This document shows positions 38,421-47,456 of a stretch of DNA of 64,000 nucleotides, one piece after another. Both the position numbers and the translations under genes were made by a program. Source of the DNA: Candidatus Latescibacterota bacterium (GTDB lineage: Bacteria > Latescibacterota > UBA2968). The stretch lies in contig OZ241986.1 in NCBI GenBank assembly GCA_965204375.1, positions 5,856,001 through 5,920,000 on the forward strand. The letters are read 5' to 3'. Numbering within the stretch: the stretch's first letter is position 1; each line of letters starts with the position of its first letter. The notes beneath the pieces are model-generated. The model was not told where the DNA came from. It made no database searches and was given only the letters and a program-made list of their open reading frames with translations.

Positions 38421-38453
38421 TATTTTGACAAAGCTGCGCGCTCAAGGGTTTCT

Positions 38454-39425
38454 TCAAGGGTGTGGGCGCAGTTCACCCAGAGATTGCTCCCCGGGTTGGA
38501 TATATTCTACGGCTGGGCTTTCGACGCGTCCATAGGCATTCCACACTTTGAATCCGAGTAGAGACAGGAGATCGGACGATGCCTCGGCGAGGACTTCAGG
38601 AGCCGTGCCTACGGTAAAATTTTCCTGTGGACGGAATTGAGGTCCGCAGAATGTGGTGAGTATGGCCCAGCGCAGTTGGTCGCTTATATTGGCTCCCGTG
38701 CCGTGCCAGATGCGTCCGTCGAGGAATCCAACTGTGCCAGCTGGACCTTCAAGGGCGACTGTTTTAGTGGCGTTGTCATCGGGGTTGTCTGGGCGTCGCC
38801 CCCACAGGTGACTACCGGGGACGATGCGGGTGCCGCCGTTTTCTGCCGTGAAGTCGCCGATCATCCATACCACGTTGATGACGACGCGAGGCCAGATGGA
38901 TGTGGTATCGGGTGCATCTGTTTGTTCGCGGGTGATGGACCCTGCGGGTAGATGCGTTCGGTTTGCGCGCGTTGGCATGGGCATCCACCACTGGTCTGTG
39001 TGCAGGCGCATGGGAACGCCGCCGGGTTTGGCGATGTTGGCCGAATGGCTCGATAACAGATAATCATTGCCCAGTGCGTGATCTATGATGTTGCGAACCC
39101 CTGAATGTAAAAGCATGTCTTGAAATACCCGACCTTTGTTGATCAGCATCCACACGCGCTGGTTGACGCCTCCTGCAGATTGTGTAAACGCCCCTCCGCG
39201 TACCTGCCCTTTTTTATTTCTAAAATCCCCCCAGTTCTGTTTGGCACCCCCGTCTTCAAATGCGAGCCCGCGTTGTTTTTCGGCTATGGCTTGTTCTTTT
39301 AGACGGGTTTTTATTTGCAACAGATCTTCCGCATTGAGCGCGTTGGCGAGCAGGCCATAACCACAGGTGTCGAGTTGTGTTTTGACCTGTGCGAGGTCTT
39401 CGGTTGGTTGTGGAAGTTCAGACAT
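38454..39425 (-). CDS. Phytanoyl-CoA dioxygenase (PhyH) family protein
   Basis: LHTDQ, DFTAENGGTRIVPGSH, GRIWHGTGAN. Confidence 0.9.
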   Translation of the reverse strand: MSELPQPTEDLAQVKTQLDTCGYGLLANALNAEDLLQIKTRLKEQAIAEKQRGLAFEDGGAKQNWGDFRNKKGQVRGGAFTQSAGGVNQRVWMLINKGRVFQDMLLHSGVRNIIDHALGNDYLLSSHSANIAKPGGVPMRLHTDQWWMPMPTRANRTHLPAGSITREQTDAPDTTSIWPRVVINVVWMIGDFTAENGGTRIVPGSHLWGRRPDNPDDNATKTVALEGPAGTVGFLDGRIWHGTGANISDQLRWAILTTFCGPQFRPQENFTVGTAPEVLAEASSDLLSLLGFKVWNAYGRVESPAVEYIQPGEQSLGELRPHP

Positions 39426-39437
39426 GTGTATTCCTTA

Positions 39438-40733
39438 TTATCGGGGCAAAATGCCATACTGGCGCAGGGTGCTTTCCAGTGTTGGCTTGCTAAGGCGAAT
39501 GTGGTCGTCGTTTAACAGATAGGAGAAGACGTAGCCGAGGCCGAGCATAAAAATTCCGATTAAGAAGCAATATATAACTGCGCGGTCGGGGTATTGGTCT
39601 TTCAGATACCCCACGTAGAGGGGACCACAGATTCCCGCTGCTGCCCAGGCGGTTAGAATTGCCCCGTAGATTGTGGACATTTTTTTGCTGCCAAAAACGT
39701 CAAGCACAAAAGATGGCATTGTGGCAAAGCCGCCGCCAAAGCACAACAGGACATAACAGACGAGTGCGGAAAAGATCCAGGGGTTGCGTTCTGTCATTAA
39801 GATACCGAAGACGATCATCTGGCTGGCGAGCAAAATTCTGAAGACGCCAACGCGCCCTATGCGATCCGATAGCAAGCCCCAGAAGAGCCGCCCCACGCCG
39901 TTGCACAGGGAACTGACGGCGATGAGCGTGGCGCCGTACTCGGCGAGTGTTACCGGTTCCAGAGATGGATCTGCAAATCCCCAAACTTCTTGCAGGAGTT
40001 CTGACTGAAAGCTGATGACAGAGATGCCCGCGGCAATGTTAAAGAAAAATACGATCCACATGAGGACAAATTCAGAAGATCGCAGATAGGGCGCGACGGT
40101 GTCTTCGAACTCCATCGGGTCATCGTCGGCAACAGCGGGTACGGCTTTGGGATCGCTCAGCACAAAGCTGGAGGGCAAGAGGATACAGGCAAATACAATG
40201 CCGAGCCATAAGAAGACGAGGGTCAGATCCGATTCTGTTCGCAGTACGAGAAAGGGGGCCAATACTTTGCTCAAGAGAAATGCGCCCACGCCAAATCCCA
40301 TCACGACGATGCCTGTTACCAGACCCTTGCGATCTGGAAACCACTTTGCCGCGGTTGCAACCGGCGTCACATAGCCAAGCCCAATGCCCGCACCGCCGAT
40401 AACGCCGTATCCCAGGTAAAAGAGTGGGATAAAGTCAAGATGAAGGGCGAGGCTCGCGATCATATAGCCGCCGGAAAACATGATACTGCCCGCGACTGCG
40501 AGTTTGCGAGGTCCGAATCGCGGTAGCGTCGCACCTGCCCAGGCCGCGGATGTGCCGAGGGAAAAGATCGCGATACTAAAAGCCCATGCGGTTTCTGTGA
40601 ATGTCCAGCCGAGTTGTCTGACCAGAAGCGTTTGAAAGAAGCTCCACGCGTACACAGTGCCGAAACAGAGTTGCAGGAGCGTGCATAAGAGCGCGATGAC
40701 TGAACGCGGGATCTGTATTTCTCGGTTTGCCAT
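39438..40733 (-). CDS. MFS transporter, oxalate:formate antiporter (OFA) family
   Basis: G.VYAWS, GIGLGYVTPVAT..KWFPDRKGL, NGVGRLFWG.LSDRIGR, FGGGF. Confidence 0.9.
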   Translation of the reverse strand: MANREIQIPRSVIALLCTLLQLCFGTVYAWSFFQTLLVRQLGWTFTETAWAFSIAIFSLGTSAAWAGATLPRFGPRKLAVAGSIMFSGGYMIASLALHLDFIPLFYLGYGVIGGAGIGLGYVTPVATAAKWFPDRKGLVTGIVVMGFGVGAFLLSKVLAPFLVLRTESDLTLVFLWLGIVFACILLPSSFVLSDPKAVPAVADDDPMEFEDTVAPYLRSSEFVLMWIVFFFNIAAGISVISFQSELLQEVWGFADPSLEPVTLAEYGATLIAVSSLCNGVGRLFWGLLSDRIGRVGVFRILLASQMIVFGILMTERNPWIFSALVCYVLLCFGGGFATMPSFVLDVFGSKKMSTIYGAILTAWAAAGICGPLYVGYLKDQYPDRAVIYCFLIGIFMLGLGYVFSYLLNDDHIRLSKPTLESTLRQYGILPR

Positions 40734-40750
40734 TTTTATGTGTCCGGTAG

Positions 40751-40957
40751 CGAATCAACGAATCAACGAATCAACGAATCAATGAAACAGGTAATGTACA
40801 TGAGAGCCGTCATTGCGGCATGGTTTTAGCCGCCACGCGCAAGCACAACGCCAGTAATCCAGAGGTTTTGAGTGGTAGGGCGGGGTTCGTCTATGAACTG
40901 GTCTGAGAAACGACCAGTTTTACCCCGCTCCGTCTATTCGTCTATTCGTCTATTCGT
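40751..40957. repeat. Composite intergenic element: (CGAATCAA)x4 + R1 long form + R2 + (TCTATTCG)x3
   Basis: Octamer arrays at 40751-40782 and 40933-40956 are near reverse complements; R1 at 40809-40870; R2 at 40874-40931. Confidence 0.85.
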
Positions 40958-41653
40958 TTCTTTCCCCTCAGAAACATAGAGGAAGAGGTTAGCCAGATGC
41001 CCAACCTCGTCGTCGCGCGATAGCAATTTTTCATCCGAGGCACCATTTTCACCGCGCGCGCGACTCACTGCATAAGCGAGGAGGTCGCCGAGGGGATTCG
41101 CCGCGAGGTTGACGAGCCATATAGCTGCAAAGAATCCTACTACGAGTATGATGCAGATGAGATAGACCTGCCTTCCGATTGCTCTTTGAATTTTCAGCGC
41201 AATCAACCCCGTGTCCATGCCCACGTGAACTGTGCCGGCAATGCCCGCGAGGATCGGACTGCCAACCTCTACGAAATCGCCCATTCCTGGCAGATTGCGT
41301 TCAATGGCTTCTGTTTTGAATGGGTCGTCTGTTCGAATGACTTCGGGAATACCAGGCACGAATGTGTGGGCGAGAAATTCACCTGATTCATCTGTGATAT
41401 AGATGTATTTGATGCTCTGGATTTCGACAAACTGATCGATGAGCGACTGCAAAGCCGCGAGGTCCCGATTTAAGAGAATATCGACACTGGAATCGGCGAT
41501 GGTCTTCGCGATATTCTTGCTGTTATTCTCGTATTCTTCTGACAGGTGTGTATCGACTGTGTAAATACACAGGGCGGATGTTGACAGGCTGATCACACCA
41601 AATAGCGCGAAGATGCCGAACCGCGTTTTTTGAAAGAGTTTTTTGATTTTCAT
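40934..41653 (-). CDS. Membrane sensor: TM - periplasmic domain - TM - HAMP-like, without output domain
   Basis: Two TM helices, P(L)GDL...RDDEVGHLANLF HAMP-like motif, then stop. Confidence 0.7.
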   Translation of the reverse strand: MKIKKLFQKTRFGIFALFGVISLSTSALCIYTVDTHLSEEYENNSKNIAKTIADSSVDILLNRDLAALQSLIDQFVEIQSIKYIYITDESGEFLAHTFVPGIPEVIRTDDPFKTEAIERNLPGMGDFVEVGSPILAGIAGTVHVGMDTGLIALKIQRAIGRQVYLICIILVVGFFAAIWLVNLAANPLGDLLAYAVSRARGENGASDEKLLSRDDEVGHLANLFLYVSEGKETNRRIDE

Positions 41654-42972
41654 TTTATGCCAAACCTGTCTTCCCAATTATCCAGCGTGACAAAACGGTC
41701 GTTTTCGACAACTGTGTAATAGACTCGCTGTAACCCCTGTCGTCGGTCTGGTCCAAAAGAGACCTGTTCGCCGATGCCCAGATCGAAATCTCGAATGCTG
41801 AAGACCGCGTCTTCGAGCTGGCTTCGCTGTGGGGTGTCGCCGAGGCGGCGCAGAATTTCAACCATCAATTTGGCGTTGAGAAATCCCTCGAGGCTGACAA
41901 AGCTGTGCGCGAAGGGGGTGTAGTCTTCTGTCACCAGTTCTTCAGGTGGTTGCGGGGCGTATTGTTGCATCATTTCGCGGTACTCCTGGACGGCTGGCGT
42001 GGATGTTTCTTCGTAGCTGGGCACGACCTGAGAGTTTACGAGCAGTTGCGTGTATGAGTCGCTGTTGTCCTGTCCTTCTGTGAGGAGTTTCAAGAGGTTT
42101 TCACTTCCGACAAAGGACAGGTTGGCAATGGGAACGCGCAGGCCCAGGTTGACGGCGTCGCGCGCAAAGGCCGCACAAGCTGCATAGGCTCCAATGCAGA
42201 TCACTGCTTCCGGGTCTGATGCTTTTAGTATTTCGACCTGTTTTCGCATGCTGCCGGTAAATTTTTCTCCGCGCCGGTACGTGGCTTCGCCCACTATTTG
42301 TTCTCCGTGCCGCTTCAGGGCACTTCTTACGCCTGCCCATCCACTGCGACCATAAGCATCGGCTTGATAGAATACGGCAATGCGTTTTCGGTTGATGCGA
42401 ACAAAATTATCCACGAGACCGGCGGTTTCCTGGCGGTAGGAAGCGCGCAGATTAAAGGCAAAGTCGCCATAAGGTGGTTCTCGTTGCGGTTGCGCGCCGG
42501 TGAATGGAAAGAATAAGAAGATGTTTTTGTCCTGGAATTTTTTGAGCATGGGGAGCACGCGGGTTACGGTGGGCGTTCCGACATAACCGAAGAGCAAAAA
42601 TACTTCGTCTTCCAACATCAATTTCAGGGTGTTTTTGACAGAGGGGTCGGGCTGGTAGCCGTCGTCATAGGTTTTGAGAACTACTTTGCGTCCCGCAATA
42701 CCCCCTTGCTGATTGATGTGTGTGAAGTACGCACTGGCACCGCGATACAGTTCGATGCCCAAACCCCGGGATGGACCGGAGAATGCAGCGGATACGCCGA
42801 GTATGATCTCGGTGTCGGTGATGCCAGATGATGTCCGTGTCATGGTGTGCCTCCTTGTTTGTGGTTCAAGCTGGCCGGTGTTGGCGACCACTGTCAGAGT
42901 TTTCAACCAGGGGGCGATCGCGCAACAGGCAAGACCGGAACGGATGAGTGCTCTTCTCGTTATTGGTTTCAT
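41650..42972 (-). CDS. Type I periplasmic (LivJ-like) substrate-binding protein with Tat signal
   Basis: TRRALI Tat motif; INQQGGIAGRK...DDGYQP, GYVGTPT, NLRASY..E, YQADAYG. Confidence 0.88.
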   Translation of the reverse strand: MKPITRRALIRSGLACCAIAPWLKTLTVVANTGQLEPQTRRHTMTRTSSGITDTEIILGVSAAFSGPSRGLGIELYRGASAYFTHINQQGGIAGRKVVLKTYDDGYQPDPSVKNTLKLMLEDEVFLLFGYVGTPTVTRVLPMLKKFQDKNIFLFFPFTGAQPQREPPYGDFAFNLRASYRQETAGLVDNFVRINRKRIAVFYQADAYGRSGWAGVRSALKRHGEQIVGEATYRRGEKFTGSMRKQVEILKASDPEAVICIGAYAACAAFARDAVNLGLRVPIANLSFVGSENLLKLLTEGQDNSDSYTQLLVNSQVVPSYEETSTPAVQEYREMMQQYAPQPPEELVTEDYTPFAHSFVSLEGFLNAKLMVEILRRLGDTPQRSQLEDAVFSIRDFDLGIGEQVSFGPDRRQGLQRVYYTVVENDRFVTLDNWEDRFGIK

Positions 42973-43008
42973 ACGGGATATGCTCTTTCGCAGGATGCCC
43001 AGACTTGA

Positions 43009-43809
43009 TCATTCTTCAAGTGTTGGGCGATTTAGCCGCGTGTGATAGGGCGGTTCCATGACCGCGCGTTGTCGTTCGTTTGCCCATTCGGGTATGTCGT
43101 AGGCGCGTACATACGCCATGTTGCCGGCGGTGTAGCGGGTGAGCGTTGACCGCCGTGGATGGTCCGCTTTCCAGGGCAGGGTGCCGTGTGTGACGGCTTC
43201 TGTGAAGATGATTGCGTCGCCTGCCTTACAGGTGATCTGGCGGATGTGTTCCTGGTGTTTCTGGTAGAGACGCATTTCCTGCGGACAGGGATAATTGCTT
43301 TTGTGCGATCCCGGGATGAGAGAGAGACCGCCGTCGCCCGGGTTGACATCGGTGAGTTGGATGGAGACGACGGTGAGGCCGTTGTGCATTTTGCCGTTTT
43401 TAAAAATATAATACTGGTTGGGGTCAAATCCAGGTCCAGAGGAGCCGTGAAACCGATGGCCTTCGGCGCCTTTATCCATCCAGAGTAGGAACATCTGGTG
43501 GTCGATGCGAAAGCCTTTGCCGAGTATTTCGTTGAGGTAGGGCACTATGAGGGGGTGCGCCAGCATGTCGCGGAAGGGATTGCACCAGGGTTCGTCCCAG
43601 TGGATGAGGCTGCCGAGTTCGCCGCGACCATGCGTGCCCTCAAGGGCTGGTGATTCGCCGTCGAGACGCTGTTCTCTCGGGCGAGTGCGCCCTTTGTCGA
43701 GGTGGCGGTCAACCGCTTCGTTCGCCAGGGCGAGTTCGTCTTCGGTTAAAACGTTTTCAACGACGAGATACCCGTTGAGGTCAAAGAGATATTTTTCGTC
43801 TTCAGTCAT
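43009..43809 (-). CDS. Phytanoyl-CoA dioxygenase (PhyH) family protein
   Basis: YLFDLNGYLVV, FHG, GDGG..IPGSHKSN, AGDAIIFTEAVTHGT.PW. Confidence 0.88.
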   Translation of the reverse strand: MTEDEKYLFDLNGYLVVENVLTEDELALANEAVDRHLDKGRTRPREQRLDGESPALEGTHGRGELGSLIHWDEPWCNPFRDMLAHPLIVPYLNEILGKGFRIDHQMFLLWMDKGAEGHRFHGSSGPGFDPNQYYIFKNGKMHNGLTVVSIQLTDVNPGDGGLSLIPGSHKSNYPCPQEMRLYQKHQEHIRQITCKAGDAIIFTEAVTHGTLPWKADHPRRSTLTRYTAGNMAYVRAYDIPEWANERQRAVMEPPYHTRLNRPTLEE

Positions 43810-43832
43810 TGTAAATCTTCCGATTCAGGGTT

Positions 43833-43860
43833 TTCAATATTTGTGCGGACGACGAGCGTA
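43833..43860. repeat. 28-bp direct repeat of the RDD gene 3' end (partner at 44754-44781)
   Basis: TTCAATATTTGTGCGGACGACGAGCGTA identical at both sites. Confidence 0.9.
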
Positions 43861-43869
43861 TTTTTGGGC

Positions 43870-44361
43870 TTATTTGAAAATTGGGTCTGTTGTTCGAAAT
43901 TTGAGATTGTCTTTTGTCTCGATTTCAGTAATGACCTTCCTCACATCGGCTTGCATCAAAATCCCATGTACCCATAACGCACGCAAAATTTCAGTCAAGT
44001 TGACGCAATCTATTCCGTTTCCCAGGCAGTGATGCTTAACCCGTCGCTCGTTGCTAACAAAAATGGCACTCAACCGCTTGCAGAGTGCCATTGACTCGCG
44101 CTCTCCTGCACCAAGCGTCCAGGGCAAGGTCGCCATGAACCTTTGGTCAACAGCCGTCGGATGATATGTTACGATTCGCCCTTGAGAATGCAACGCCATG
44201 ATGTGTTGTGCAAAGTCAAATCCCTTAGCGACACCCGTTTGGAGTTCGTTCTCTACAGCAGCGGAAATGCTGAGCAGGTCCTCATTAAGTACTGTAAACA
44301 GCAAGGGTAGCTGTTGAATTTTAGCGAATATGGAAAGCACATCTGTATCAATAAAAACCAC
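43870..44361 (-). CDS. PIN-domain (DUF3368-like) toxin
   Basis: VFIDTDVLS, AVENEL, LGAGERESMAL, SNER. Confidence 0.8.
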   Translation of the reverse strand: MVFIDTDVLSIFAKIQQLPLLFTVLNEDLLSISAAVENELQTGVAKGFDFAQHIMALHSQGRIVTYHPTAVDQRFMATLPWTLGAGERESMALCKRLSAIFVSNERRVKHHCLGNGIDCVNLTEILRALWVHGILMQADVRKVITEIETKDNLKFRTTDPIFK

Positions 44362-44393
44362 GACTAAGCCCCTTTGGCGCTGTCGTTTGATTT

Positions 44394-44714
44394 CTACTGT
44401 CGTTTGATGAGCGAAATACCTGCTTGCAAGCCTTCGGTTTCATCGACTTCGACAATTTTTGATATGCCTTTCGCTTCCAGCATGGCTTCAAACTCAAAAC
44501 GGTGGATTCCAGCCAATTCCGCGGCTCTGGCGAGCGTCACTTCATGCTGTTGATAGAGCAAAATTGCGGCATCAAGGCGAGATTCCTTTTTGGTAGTGAC
44601 CAGTTTTTTAAGGGCATCGGTTATCAACGCATGCGCGTCGGCATAAAGCCCCGCGTCAATCAGGGCGTTCACTTCTTTCTCGAGGTCGGGTGAGTGAATT
44701 TCGATCTGGAGCAT
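44394..44714 (-). CDS. UPF0175 family antitoxin
   Basis: LYQQHEVTLARAAELAGI.RFEF...L..KGI. Confidence 0.85.
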   Translation of the reverse strand: MLQIEIHSPDLEKEVNALIDAGLYADAHALITDALKKLVTTKKESRLDAAILLYQQHEVTLARAAELAGIHRFEFEAMLEAKGISKIVEVDETEGLQAGISLIKRQ

Positions 44715-45239
44715 GGCTATCGCTTCCTTTTGTGGCGATCAATCGTCAAGGTCTTCAATATTTGTGCGGACGACGAGCGTACTGGCAATAAAGTCGTGCA
44801 GGGCACGGCGTTTCTCATTTGTGAGCATGGTAAACAATTCTACTGCATACCATAATAAAAACATTGAGGTAAGTAAGGCAAGTCCTCTTGGGGGAATACT
44901 CGTTGTTCCAATTGCGAAATAGTAAGCATGGTACACTGTGAAGGCGATGATAAATAAAGTAGGGATGCTATCCCGCATTATGGCGTGTCTGAAAGATATG
45001 GGATTATGTGTTTTGGCATCAACGATTTTAACTCGGGTAACCATTTTGCCGATGGTTTGCCCATACGTTCCATGCAGGTATATGCTATAAATTATCCATA
45101 GAAGAGATCGTAGAGATGAAACGGTTAAGAGTAACCAAACAGAGCTGTCGGGTTTCTGAATAAAATCGAGGATGGTGTGCAATGGCCATACTGCAAGACT
45201 ATCGACAAAGCTTGCCCAGAATCTGGGACAAAAGGTTAA

Positions 45240-46950
45240 CCTGAAAAATTCATAAAAAAGGTAGTTTCCTTATTCAAGTTATTGTATTATTATAGGTTAT
45301 GGCAATAACCATTGAACAATAAACTTGGAGGAAACTACCGTGGGTTCCCAAGATAATCATCACAAGGTTCCTTTGGCAAGCATTTTCGGCAAACGTGTCA
45401 ATATCGCCTTTGATGGGGGCATCCTCACCAGTGATAGCGGCGCCTTATTGCTTCGAGAGGTGGAGGCCAGATCAGGTCTATTAGCACGCATCGGTGATGC
45501 CATCACGGATCGCCGGCATAAAAGTTATGTGGCTCATCGTGTGGCAGAGTTGATTAAACAGCGCGTGTTCCAGATTGCCTGCGGGTATGAAGATGCCAAT
45601 GATTGCAATGCCTTACGCAGTGATCCCGGCATCAAGGCTGCCTGTGGTGTCTTGCCCCTTTCAGGTGCCGACTTAGCCAGTCAACCGACGATGAGTCGTT
45701 TTGAGAACCAGATCAGGAGAAGCGAGTTGTATCGCATTGCCTGTGCCTTCCTCGATTGTTTTATCGCCTCTTATGCCCAGCCCCCTGCTGCGATTATCTT
45801 AGATATCGATGATACACAGGATACAGTTTATGGGACACAGCAGTTGTCCCTATTCAATGGGTATTTGGGTGCCTATTGCTATCAGCCCTTGCACATTTAT
45901 GAAGGACAAACCGGCAAGTTGATCACCACAGTTTTGCGTCCCGGTGTGCGACCAACAGGCCAACAGATTGTCGCCATACTCAAGCGTTTGGTGGCCTATC
46001 TGCGTCAGGCTTGGCCTGATGTGGCGATCATCTTGCGGGGTGATGCCCACTTTTCTTGTCCACAAGTCCATCAGTTGTGTGCCGATAGTGACCTGTATTT
46101 TATCCTTGGACAGACCAGCAATGCGAAGTTGAGACAGTTGGCAAAGCCCCTGATTGAGCAGGCGAAAAGGCTTTATGCACATACAAAGAAGCCTGTGCGT
46201 CTTTTTACCTCGTTTTGCTATCAAGCAAAGAGTTGGAACAAGGCACAACGCATCGTATGCAAGGTAGAAATCAGTGACCGAGGCCAAAACACCCGCTTTG
46301 TCGTGACCAACCTTGAAAGTTCACAAGCCTCCTTTATCTACCAAAGCGTGTATTGTGCGCGCGGACAGATGGAAAACTTCATTAAAAATCACAAAACCTT
46401 TCTCCACTCTGACCGCACATCCTGTCACAGCTTTACTGCCAATCAGTTCCGTCTCTTCCTCCATTCGGCTGCCTATGTCCTGATACAGACATTGGCGCAA
46501 ATCGGATTGAAAGGCACAACGTGGACAAACGCGCAGGTCAATACCATACAAAATCGCTTTCTCAAAGTCGCCGGACGCATCTGTGAATTGAAAACGAAGA
46601 TTACGTTCCATTTGCCTGCGTCCTTTCCAGTGCAACATCTGTATCATAAAATCCTACACAATCTGGCAAAGGCTTTCCCCTAACGCAAAATACGGGGGAG
46701 GGGAGGCAGACACCATCACTTGCTGACTGGACACGACACATACACCGCCTTGTGCAAAGACGCGGCAGGCAAGGGGCGTGTCTGTCCTTTTTGCCAACCA
46801 CAGGCACGCACACCCGATGAAATGGACCAAACAGACCCCTGTAAAGACCCAATCGAGTCCGACAAGAACAGAAAAACAATGAACGAGAGCTTGGAACACC
46901 GAAATGATTACATAATTATCCTATTCTTCAACTTTCATGAATTAGTCGGG
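45240..46950 (+). mobile_element. IS1380-family insertion sequence
   Basis: Imperfect TIRs CCTGAAAAATTCAT / CCCGACTAATTCAT (reverse complement); TTAA target duplication at 45236-45239 and 46951-46954. Confidence 0.9.
45340..46683 (+). CDS. IS1380-family DDE transposase
   Basis: FDGGILTSDSG.LL, GYEDAND..LR.DP, LASQPTMSRFEN, LDIDDT, RGDAHF, Y.ARGQMENFIK, ANQFRL. Confidence 0.93.
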   Translation: MGSQDNHHKVPLASIFGKRVNIAFDGGILTSDSGALLLREVEARSGLLARIGDAITDRRHKSYVAHRVAELIKQRVFQIACGYEDANDCNALRSDPGIKAACGVLPLSGADLASQPTMSRFENQIRRSELYRIACAFLDCFIASYAQPPAAIILDIDDTQDTVYGTQQLSLFNGYLGAYCYQPLHIYEGQTGKLITTVLRPGVRPTGQQIVAILKRLVAYLRQAWPDVAIILRGDAHFSCPQVHQLCADSDLYFILGQTSNAKLRQLAKPLIEQAKRLYAHTKKPVRLFTSFCYQAKSWNKAQRIVCKVEISDRGQNTRFVVTNLESSQASFIYQSVYCARGQMENFIKNHKTFLHSDRTSCHSFTANQFRLFLHSAAYVLIQTLAQIGLKGTTWTNAQVNTIQNRFLKVAGRICELKTKITFHLPASFPVQHLYHKILHNLAKAFP

Positions 46951-47107
46951 TTAAATACTGTTTCTCTGAAGGAACCTTGAGATTCTTATAAAACAACCAC
47001 ACAATCAATGAAGGGACAAAAAAGATACATAACGCAAGCCAATTGGGAGATACATACAAGATACACCTCCTGTTGTATCTTGTTCGGGTAGATACGGATA
47101 ATTGTAT

Positions 47108-47388
47108 TTATGATTTTCTTTTGTTTTTTTCTGATTGCAGCAATAAATCAAACCATTTAAGCAAATCGTCTTTGATTTCATCAAGATCGGCTGCTAAATT
47201 ATAATGCTTCAAAATATATATAGAATTCTTCATAGTTCATTATTTGGGTTAAGATAAAATGCTAATATATTGCTACTTACGTTTTCATAGTGGGGATAAC
47301 CTGTTATATCAAATATGCTTTTTGAGATATCGGGAATTGACTCAAACTCAAAAAGCAATTCCCAATAATCATCATAGCTACTGGTCAT
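47108..47388 (-). pseudogene. Internally deleted PD-(D/E)xK nuclease (PDDEXK_4-like) remnant
   Basis: ATG 47388: MTSSYDDYWELL...SIFDITGYPHYENVSSNILAFYLNPNNEL*, then out-of-frame tail LKHYNLAADLDEIKDDLLKWFDLLLQSEKNKRKS*; AT-rich. Confidence 0.65.
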
Positions 47389-47456
47389 TGTGATATTTCC
47401 GTCAATTATAACGTTTCAGGTTTGGTGCTATCGTTTCTTTTTTATGGATCGTGAGA

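Larger units (their letters stand above)
44739..47059 (-). pseudogene. RDD family membrane protein interrupted by IS1380
   Basis: Removing the IS and one TTAA restores one frame from TTG 47059 (AGGAGGT RBS): MYVSPNWL...KQYLTFCPRFWASFVD...GQTIGK...RRALHDFIASTLVV. Confidence 0.85.

Noticed and set aside
40751-40782. Tandem repeats as a possible CRISPR array
   Set aside because: Units are contiguous 8-mers with no spacers, and no cas genes are present
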